The notes below the pieces were generated by a model. That model saw only the letters and a list, made by a program, of their open reading frames with translations. It had not been told where the DNA came from and searched no databases. From Acaryochloris marina S15 (lineage in GTDB: Bacteria; Cyanobacteriota; Cyanobacteriia; Thermosynechococcales; Thermosynechococcaceae), in contig NZ_CP064924.1 in the NCBI RefSeq assembly GCF_018336915.1, positions 270,001 to 302,000 of the forward strand: a stretch of 32,000 nt of DNA, read 5' to 3'. Every line of letters begins with the position of its first letter. The first letter of the stretch is position 1. The position numbers and the translations under genes are program-made. Positions 23,440 to 32,000 of this stretch are shown here, one piece after another.

Positions 23440-23862
23440 TTAATCGGTGTAGTGTTCCTTCAGCCAGTTCACCAGATCAGAAGATTCAGTAAAGTCGAGC
23501 AATGCCTCACCAAGAGTTTCGAGTTGATCGAGGGAGAGGGATTGAATCTGGGATTGTAATTCAGGGGAAACGTCACCAATGCGGCGGGTGAGTTGGCGGA
23601 GGATGAGGGATTGGGCTTCTCTAAGAGCGCCAGACTGTTCACCTTCCTGTCGTCCTTCCTGGCGACCTTCGTCCAAGGCTTCCTGGTAAACTTTCGTTTG
23701 CTTGAGTTCGCTTAAGCCCAACATACTCTCTATCTCTTCCCGGCTCAGTTGTGGAAATTTATAGACCACAATCGTTTCAATCAACTCCATTATCGCCGCT
23801 ATCTTAGGATTTGTCTGTCTTTGCGTCTGAGCCCTTGATAGCATTGCTTTTGCTTGGGTCAC
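23440..23862 (-). CDS. DUF4351-like C-terminal module of the Rpn / PD-(D/E)XK putative-transposase family; the nuclease half is absent
   Basis: 140-aa ORF with YKFPQLSREEIESMLGLSELKQTKVYQEALDEGRQEGRQEGE...LILRQLTRRIGDVSPELQSQIQSLSLDQLETLGEALLDF. I recognise this pattern from the C-terminal half of cyanobacterial Rpn-family proteins. No N-terminal nuclease-like region lies upstream. Confidence 0.55.
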   Translation of the reverse strand: MTQAKAMLSRAQTQRQTNPKIAAIMELIETIVVYKFPQLSREEIESMLGLSELKQTKVYQEALDEGRQEGRQEGEQSGALREAQSLILRQLTRRIGDVSPELQSQIQSLSLDQLETLGEALLDFTESSDLVNWLKEHYTD

Positions 23863-23954
23863 AATATGAGGTTGAGCCGAGGTAAGCTATGGGTGAGTGA
23901 TATTAGATAAGGATGCATTTCAGGCCAGCTAAAAAAATCTGAGAAATATTATCT

Positions 23955-26690
23955 ATGTGGCCTGACTCACTTCGACATTGGAGTAAGCGAGCACGGCGGT
24001 CAATTGATCCTCGTCAAAGCCTCAAAGCTCGCTTACTGTTGATCACGTTTGGGATGGTTCTACTGCTCTCGACCGTTTTGAGTCTAGTGGTGGGCAACAT
24101 CAGCACGGAACAACTAGAAGCGGTCACTAATCAATCTTTAGAAGATCTGGCCTTTCAAGTGGCCGACAAGCTTGATCGCGGTATGTTTGAGCGCTATCGG
24201 GATTTGCAAATCATTGCCAGCCTTGACGTGCTGCGTCAACCGAGTGTCTCAATAACCACTGAGCGGAATCTGTTGGAACAGCTTCAGAAGTCCTACCCTA
24301 ACTATTCTTGGCTGGGGGTAGCAGACCCTGCAGGTATAGTGAAAGCCAGCACTGGAGGACTGCTGGAGGGAGAAAGTGTTGCCCAGCGTCCGTGGTTTCA
24401 GGCAGGACGGAAGCAGCCCTTTGTTGGTAGCATGCATGAGGCATTGATGCTAGAAAAACGGCCCTCTAATCCCACTGATGAATCATCCCGATTTGTGGAC
24501 TTGTCAACCCCTCTATTTGATGATCAGGGACAACTTCAGGGTGTTCTCGCTGTCCATTTAAGCTGGTCGTGGGCAAAGGAGACTACCCATCGGCTCATCA
24601 ATCCAGAAGCCAAACACAATCATGCTGAAATCTTGGTTCTCTGCCAAGACGGGCATGTATTGCTGGGACCAGCAGGTGTTCAGGGTGAAACATTACCGAT
24701 CACCATCCTTAAAGCCTCCAATACGAATCGGACAGGATATTTTATTGAGTCTTGGCCCAGTCAGGGGGAGTTTGTGACTGGCTGGGCCAAGACTAAGGGC
24801 TATCTCAGCTATCCTGGACTGGGCTGGATTGTGCTGGCCCGTCGATCGGTGACCCAAGCCTTCGCCCCAGCTCGGGTGCTACAGGCAAAGGTTTTGGGTT
24901 GGGGACTGGGTATCGGAACGCTGTTTGCATTGCTCAGTTGGTTGATTGCACGCCGCATCTCGTTCGTAACGATTAAACTCACCACTGCTGCTGATCGCAT
25001 TCGGCAAGGCAGCCCTGATGAAACCTTACCGACCGTTGAGGGACGAGATGAGTTGGCCCAGCTCTCGCGTTCCCTCCATCACATGGTCAATATGCTGCAA
25101 ATCCAACGGCAAAACCTACTGCTCACCAATCAACAGCTCCAAGATGAGCTACAACTCCGTGAGCAGGCCGAACATACAATTGGGGAGCAGGCTGCATTGC
25201 TGGACATTGCCACCGATGCAATTTTTGTACGGGATTTAGATAATCGCATTTTGTATTGGAATCAGGGGGCACAGCGCACCTATGGATGGTCAGCAGCAGA
25301 AGCCTGCGGCCAAAATGCAATCACCTTCCTCAATTTAACAAGTTCCCCCGAGCTAGACACCGCCGTACAAACTGTTCTTGAACAGGGCGAATGGCAAGGG
25401 GAGCTAGAAAAAGTGACCCAATCGAAACAAACAATCGTCGTTGATAGTCGCTGGTCGTTAGCCTGTAATGCAGAGGGTCAACCTGAATTCATCCTCACCG
25501 TTGATACGGACATTACTGAGCAAAAGCAGCTCGAGGTCCAGTTTCTGCGCGCCCAGCGACTAGAGAGCTTAGGCACCCTCGCCAGTGGCATCGCTCACGA
25601 TCTCAACAATATTTTCACCCCTATCATTGGTTCAGCGGGTCTCCTACCCATCACCCTAGACCCAGCAGACAGCAAGAGCCGCCGCTTGGTGCGGATGCTC
25701 AACGATAGCGCTCAACGCGGCAGCGAATTAGTCAAGCAAATTCTAGCTTTCGCACGGGGGGCTGAGGGGGAATTCATTACGCTCCAGGTCGGTCACCTAT
25801 TGGCCGAGATTCAACAGATCATCAGAAGCACGTTCCCAAAACACATTGAGCTGCAGGCCAATATTCCCACCCAGTCTCTGCCCACGGTGACCGCCGATGC
25901 AACCCAAGTCCATCAGATATTGATGAACCTTTGCGTGAATGCCCGTGATGCCATGCCTAACGGTGGCATTCTAAGTCTATCGGCCAAAGCAATAACAGTG
26001 GATGAACACTTTGCGGAGATACATATTGATGCAAAGACTGGGAAGTATGTCGCGATCACTGTTGCTGATACGGGTATGGGCATACCACTCGAGGTACAAG
26101 AGCGCATTTATGATCCCTTTTTCACGACCAAAGAGGTTGGCCAGGGTACAGGATTAGGGCTATCGACGGTGAGGGGCATTATCAAAGGTCATGGCGGATT
26201 TTTAGACCTTTATTCCGAGGTGGGTCGAGGAACAACCTTTACAGTGTTTATCCCCGCTGAACTCGATCATGAGATGGAGATACCTCAATATCCTGACTTA
26301 CAAGAGGGGCAGGGGCAGTTAATTTTAGTGGTGGATGACGAAGCGCTGATCCTGCAAATGACCAAGAGCACGTTAGAACTATTCAACTATCAAGTGGTCA
26401 CGGCTACGAATGGGAGAGATGCGATCGCTCAGTACAAGCAATATCACCCTGACCTTGTACTCATGGATATGATGATGCCGGAGCTAGGAGGGCAAGAAGC
26501 GATCTCAGCACTGAGAGACATCAATCCGCACCTCAAGATTGTTGCTACTAGCGGACTGATTACAGAGCAATTTTCTACTATCAGTGTTGATGCCTTTTTG
26601 CCTAAGCCTTATACTCTGCAAGAGTTACTTCAGACACTTGGGCAATTTCAGGAAAAGAACTCACATACTTTAGGCCATGAGATGCAATAG
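23955..26690 (+). CDS. Hybrid sensor histidine kinase: TM, extracytoplasmic sensor, TM, HAMP, PAS, HisKA, HATPase_c and receiver
   Basis: 911 aa.
- Two TM segments (LLLITFGMVLLLSTVLSLVVG; GLGIGTLFALLSWLIA) bracket a sensor domain of about 270 aa.
- HAMP-like linker.
- PAS (LLDIATDAIFVRDLDNRILYWNQGAQRTYGW).
- H-box SGIAHDLNNIFTPI, N-box LMNLCVNARDAM, G1 DTGMGI, G2 GTGLGLS.
- C-terminal receiver (LILVVDDE...DLVLMDMMMP...KIVATSG...LPKPY). Confidence 0.9.
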   Translation: MWPDSLRHWSKRARRSIDPRQSLKARLLLITFGMVLLLSTVLSLVVGNISTEQLEAVTNQSLEDLAFQVADKLDRGMFERYRDLQIIASLDVLRQPSVSITTERNLLEQLQKSYPNYSWLGVADPAGIVKASTGGLLEGESVAQRPWFQAGRKQPFVGSMHEALMLEKRPSNPTDESSRFVDLSTPLFDDQGQLQGVLAVHLSWSWAKETTHRLINPEAKHNHAEILVLCQDGHVLLGPAGVQGETLPITILKASNTNRTGYFIESWPSQGEFVTGWAKTKGYLSYPGLGWIVLARRSVTQAFAPARVLQAKVLGWGLGIGTLFALLSWLIARRISFVTIKLTTAADRIRQGSPDETLPTVEGRDELAQLSRSLHHMVNMLQIQRQNLLLTNQQLQDELQLREQAEHTIGEQAALLDIATDAIFVRDLDNRILYWNQGAQRTYGWSAAEACGQNAITFLNLTSSPELDTAVQTVLEQGEWQGELEKVTQSKQTIVVDSRWSLACNAEGQPEFILTVDTDITEQKQLEVQFLRAQRLESLGTLASGIAHDLNNIFTPIIGSAGLLPITLDPADSKSRRLVRMLNDSAQRGSELVKQILAFARGAEGEFITLQVGHLLAEIQQIIRSTFPKHIELQANIPTQSLPTVTADATQVHQILMNLCVNARDAMPNGGILSLSAKAITVDEHFAEIHIDAKTGKYVAITVADTGMGIPLEVQERIYDPFFTTKEVGQGTGLGLSTVRGIIKGHGGFLDLYSEVGRGTTFTVFIPAELDHEMEIPQYPDLQEGQGQLILVVDDEALILQMTKSTLELFNYQVVTATNGRDAIAQYKQYHPDLVLMDMMMPELGGQEAISALRDINPHLKIVATSGLITEQFSTISVDAFLPKPYTLQELLQTLGQFQEKNSHTLGHEMQ

Positions 26691-26701
26691 TAATGCATTG
26701 C

Positions 26702-26729
26702 ATCGTAAGCGACCATGGTCGCTTACGAT
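26702..26729. repeat. 28-bp perfect palindrome just downstream of the kinase stop; possible terminator hairpin or protein-binding site
   Basis: ATCGTAAGCGACCA|TGGTCGCTTACGAT is perfectly self-complementary. A half-site copy CCATGGTCGCTTACGA recurs at 26790-26805. Confidence 0.6.
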
Positions 26730-26825
26730 ATTTGAGTGACCCCAGAATCTGTTAGAACGAGCTCTGATTGATGGAACCATAACCCATCACCATGGTCGCT
26801 TACGAAATATTGTGCTTCGATTGTT

Positions 26826-27197
26826 CTATGGCTGTCGCAAGTCAACGGACAAGCAGCAAAAATAACGGGAGTCTGTGTTTTTATTTTTTTGATTAAGCCA
26901 TAGAAAACCAGGTGCCTGATGTGGATGTATCCCCCAAGCTGTAAGTGAAACAGCTACGCCCAGTAGGATGATCACGTTGGCTGCCAGAATACAGCCTGCG
27001 ACCACTGCAATCGTACTCATTGGTAACAGAACCTGCAAACCTAGAGCCAGTAATGCACCACTAATAGAAATGAGTGCCACAATTGGGAACCCCACCACTA
27101 ACCAACAGACCGTAAGAATAAAAACCCAGGTTAAAAAGCATTTAATTTTCTCCCCCAAAGACCAGTTAGGGAAGGGTAATGATTGCGATATGGTCAT
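26826..27197 (-). CDS. Hypothetical integral membrane protein
   Basis: At least three hydrophobic helices (FLTWVFILTVCWLVVGFPIVALISISGALLALGLQVLL; IAVVAGCILAANVIILLGVAVSL). The preferred start is ATG 27197, preceded by GAGGGA, rather than the ORF-track TTG 27242. Confidence 0.55.
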   Translation of the reverse strand: MTISQSLPFPNWSLGEKIKCFLTWVFILTVCWLVVGFPIVALISISGALLALGLQVLLPMSTIAVVAGCILAANVIILLGVAVSLTAWGIHPHQAPGFLWLNQKNKNTDSRYFCCLSVDLRQP

Positions 27198-27458
27198 AGT
27201 CTGTCCCTCAATTTTGGCAAGGTATTTATTATTTTTAAGCAAATATTGGCAAACCAGCCTTCAGAGAATTCGATTTTTGGATTTTCCCATTCTGTCATCT
27301 CTGAAGACAGGCTGATTCTTTAGAATAATTGAGTAGTTTGTCATATCCATGACATAGGTTTTTACATGTATATGACTTTAAGACAATCAGCAGTTTAGAT
27401 AGAGAGTGATGCTACTTAAAAGGTTTGACTGAAATCATTCAGGTAGTGAACGAGAATA

Positions 27459-29099
<1,641 letters not shown>

Positions 29100-29585
29100 T
29101 TACCTCTAATAATTGGGGATACTGTTCAAATCAGAAAAGTGTTAGTACTGAAGTATCCAGAATTTTGATTGAGAATTTTAGAAAAATTCAGTTCTTGAAA
29201 AAGTTAATTCCTCGTGTCAATGTCAGAAAAACTGCATTCAATAGTCAATAATATTGAGAATGATAATCTAAGACACTCAGCACTGATATTTTCATTTAAG
29301 TTGTTGAATTGATCGCAATAACAGAGGATTCTTACAACACGATTTCTTGATGAGAACTGTGCATCAAAGTATTGGAAGTACCCAAGTCAATGCCCAAATC
29401 ATAGGATAGGTATCTCAGGGGTCTAACAGATTTCCACCATGAGAGTTTTGTGATTTTTGGGGTAGATGAGGAACACCCTACTGCCTGAGAGAGTGTATGA
29501 GTCATGATCTAAAGGTGATTACAGATGGGAGGGAGATGAATGTTATTTCGCCTGGTGGGCCAATACTGAAGGGAGTTTCAAAATT

Positions 29586-30110
29586 CTATAAGGGCTGAGT
29601 CTTGTTTTGCTCAATCAACCCACGCATCATGTTTGCAGAGGTATGATCTTCTTGTGCGTCAAATAACTGAGCAGCTGTCTGGAAATCAGATAAGGCATCT
29701 TGACGATCATTCATCAGCAGACGAATCGTACCGCGATTGCCATAAGCTTCAGCCATAGTGGGAGTTAGTTCGATGGCACGGTTAAAATCCTTGATCGCAT
29801 TGTCAGTCTGACCAATTGAGAAATACGCAACACCACGATTGTAATAAACTTCCGAATTCGAGGTTGTTAATTGAATCGCTAGATCATAGGCTTCAATCGC
29901 ACCCACATAGTCTTCGGTAAAGGCTTTTTGAATCCCTGTCATCAGGTAATCTTGGGATTGATTTTTCCCAGGCTGGAGGATTGCCGCAGGATTTGTTTGA
30001 GAAGAATCACTATTAGGTCTAGCCTGAATAGATTGGCAACCAACTAGGGCCAGGCTGCTTACGAGGAAAGTAGTGCTAAGAATCCATTGAGTGGGACGGC
30101 TAGAAAACAT
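29586..30110 (-). CDS. TPR-repeat lipoprotein
   Basis: Lipobox SLALVGC after a signal segment. TPR signatures are present (AIEAYDLAIQLTTSNSEVYYNRG; AIKDFNRAIELTPTMAEAYGNRG). Confidence 0.8.
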   Translation of the reverse strand: MFSSRPTQWILSTTFLVSSLALVGCQSIQARPNSDSSQTNPAAILQPGKNQSQDYLMTGIQKAFTEDYVGAIEAYDLAIQLTTSNSEVYYNRGVAYFSIGQTDNAIKDFNRAIELTPTMAEAYGNRGTIRLLMNDRQDALSDFQTAAQLFDAQEDHTSANMMRGLIEQNKTQPL

Positions 30111-30339
30111 GGTTCAATCTCTTATAATAAATGGCTTGAGTAAAGCTGTAATCTGGCAACCCACAAGATTGTTGAAACCGTATCTTCATTGAAGCAAAAT
30201 TACTTAAACTCACCATCAGCAGAGAGGATGAAATTTATTGCATCTCCATCCTCCTTTTGGACTAGTCCGATCGGTTGATTCTGGGGTATGTCATTACCTA
30301 CATCTAGCTTGTGGTCAGCAGTCACTTTTCCTTAAGAGA

Positions 30340-31157
30340 TTAATTTTGCTTTATTTGTTGAATCCTCAATACCGTATGCTGATAATTTCCCAAATCTCCT
30401 TGCTTCTGGAAAAGATCAGCCGCGTGCTGTAAATCAACTAATCCACCATTTTTATCCCCAGTTTGGGCTTTAATCAGACCTCTATTTCCGTATGCCTCAG
30501 CTAATTCTGCATTTAGCTTTATAGCTTTTGTATAATTCGAAATCGCTTGGGAAGCGTTTTGCATTGCTGCATAAGTTCTCCCACGGTTATAATATGCATC
30601 AGCATAATCTGGCTGAAAGCGGATGGCTTGATTTAGATCCATCAATGCCATCTTCCATTCTCCTTGCACTGAACCAAATATTATTGCTCGAACGTTGTAT
30701 GCTTCAGCATAGTTTGGCTTTAACTGAATCGCTTTAGTTAAATCAATAATGGCCCGTCGAAATCGCCTATATCAGAGCGTGATTCTCCTCGGTTGTATAG
30801 TGCAATCGGGTGATCTGGATTAATTCTTAAAGCATGATTGAAGTCTTTAATCGCAACTTGATATTCACCTAAATCATGATAGGCAATTCCTCTATAAATA
30901 AATGCTGTTAGATATTGAGGATTTTCTTGAAGGGCTTGATTATAATGGTAAATAGCTTTTTGATAGTTTCCCTGCTTCGCTTGCTCTTTTCCTTCTTCTA
31001 ATAATTTTTGAACAGGGTCTGAAGAAAGTGAGATTTTAACTGATTTAGATTGCGATTGAGTAAATAGACCAGTTCCTGCTATTCCGAGAATAATGCTGAC
31101 AATTAAAGCAGTTTTCGAATAAGCTCCCATAAGATTTCCCACCAATAGTAATTTCAA
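30340..31157 (-). pseudogene. TPR-repeat protein split by a single frameshift (ORFs 30738-31157 and 30340-30669)
   Basis: The upstream ORF ends ...RSDIGDFDGPLLI*. Shifting one nucleotide at GACGGGCC (about 30750-30757) reads ...GDFDG AIIDLTKAIQLKPNYAEAYNVRAIIFGSVQGEWKMALMDLNQAIRFQPDYADAYYNRG. This continues the TPR periodicity directly into the downstream ORF. One missing G in the G-run would explain the split. Confidence 0.75.
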
Positions 31158-31659
31158 ATTTCTTCTAAGGGGAATGTCCGTTAATGCTAGTCAATAATAG
31201 TATGAAGTTTCAGCTTATTATTGATGTTGAAATGCCACTCATACTGCTGCGTCCACCTTCTCCTCTTCTTAAATTGTCTCTCGTCAGTCCCAGCAATCCG
31301 AGTGCCTGGACTTTTTAGCAAAATCCTTCCAATATTTCCACGAACTAGTACTTGAACCTAATGCACTAGCTGCGTAACAGAATCTATAGTCTTTAGGCCT
31401 TATTGAATCCGCATTCAAGGCTTCTGCCTCCATTTTATCTGAAACTCTTGCAGAAAAACGACTTTTGCCTTGTAGTTTTAGAAGACCAGTGCCCTGACAA
31501 CTTTTACAAATGAATAATTAATAGGGGATTTTTTTACTAAAAATGGGAAAGCATTTTTTTCTGAATAAAGGGTGATGTCATGGCTGATAGAATCCCAGGG
31601 CTGTTTCATTTATCTGAAAGACTTTCTATGCATGACTTCTTGGACTTTTGAATATAGGG

Positions 31660-32000
31660 TTATGTCATCTTAAACAAGGACTTTAAGTTGTCTAAGCTAA
31701 AGCCAGCTAATCGTTGTGCTTGAGTCACATCTCGAACATGATGTACCTTATTTTCGACTCCCCAATATCCACGAATTCGGTCAGCAAGAACTTGCACAGG
31801 CTCCACAAATGAAGCAACGTAGTAACGAGTCTCTGTAGAGCTTTCAACGATATTAGCTCGATAGATTTGGCGCTCGGAGACGATACGAATTATGCTTTGT
31901 AACCCCGGAAACGCAGGAATACCAGCTAAGTCATGACTGATACTGATTGTCCTTTTTTCAATACGTCCATGTCCCTTGTTTATTTGCTTTATTGTCTGTT
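31660..32000 (-). mobile_element. ISAs1-family-like (IS4 superfamily) transposase, C-terminal part. The 5' end is outside the window and the C-terminus looks shortened.
   Basis: Hand translation of the minus strand, frame starting at 31998, gives QTIKQINKGHGRIEKRTISISHDLAGIPAFPGLQSIIRIVSERQIYRANIVESSTETRYYVASFVEPVQVLADRIRGYWGVENKVHHVRDVTQAQ...*. The motifs GHGRIE, PGL, SER, RYY(V)AS and IRGYWGVENKVHHVRDV match ISAs1-type transposases. It is absent from the ORF track because it is an edge ORF. Confidence 0.65.

Noticed and set aside
29271-29290. A possible CIRCE heat-shock operator upstream of groEL (CTAAGACACTCAGCACTG).
   Set aside because: Only a degenerate half site is present. There is no second arm at the N9 spacing, so it does not match TTAGCACTC-N9-GAGTGCTAA.
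31284-31522. A small minus-strand open frame encoding ...CKSCQGTGLLKLQGKSRFSARVSDKMEAEALNADSIRPKDYRFCYAAS...CWD*, with a DnaJ-like CxxCxGxG motif.
   Set aside because: The Cys motif lies upstream of the only Met (31433), and no ATG, GTG or TTG precedes it after the in-frame TAA. The M-started version is only 49 aa. It is possibly a gene remnant, but support is insufficient.

Overview
This window reads as a mosaic accessory or plasmid-like region of a cyanobacterium. That origin is an inference from three HIP1 octamers (GCGATCGC at 2272, 14865, 26421), many pentapeptide, WD40 and TPR repeat proteins, and a parA/RHH partition pair flanked by iteron-like repeats. GC content changes sharply between blocks: AT-rich at 1-1600 and 7040-8120, GC-richer at 6200-6840 and 13780-23200. 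All family calls come from motif recognition by eye; no searches were run.

Contents from left to right:
- A filamentous-hemagglutinin-type TPS-domain exoprotein, an edge ORF absent from the ORF track, overlapping an alpha/beta hydrolase.
- TPR proteins.
- A membrane pentapeptide-repeat gene split by a 1946-bp transposase-less element. The element has 44-bp terminal inverted repeats and a TTGAG target duplication, and it carries a second pentapeptide-repeat gene.
- Small secreted or Cys-rich proteins, including a candidate double-glycine-leader peptide.
- A lipoprotein staphylococcal-type nuclease.
- parA, an RHH partner and iteron-like repeats.
- IS remnants.
- A third pentapeptide paralog.
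- A hybrid histidine kinase.
- An orphan divergent groEL.
- More TPR genes, one of them frameshifted.
- An ISAs1-like transposase fragment at the right edge.

The most interesting locus is 15295-23196, an NLR/Apaf-1-like STAND NTPase island with three ORFs:
1. A caspase/CHAT-like domain, NB-ARC and about 15 WD40 blades.
2. The same CHAT-like domain fused to a TIR domain.
3. NB-ARC plus about 10 near-identical TPR units.

ORFs 2 and 3 are separated only by a frame change at an A AAA AAG TAG site. ORF 3 has no plausible start codon of its own. This suggests -1 frameshifting, phase variation at the A6 tract, or a recent frameshift mutation.
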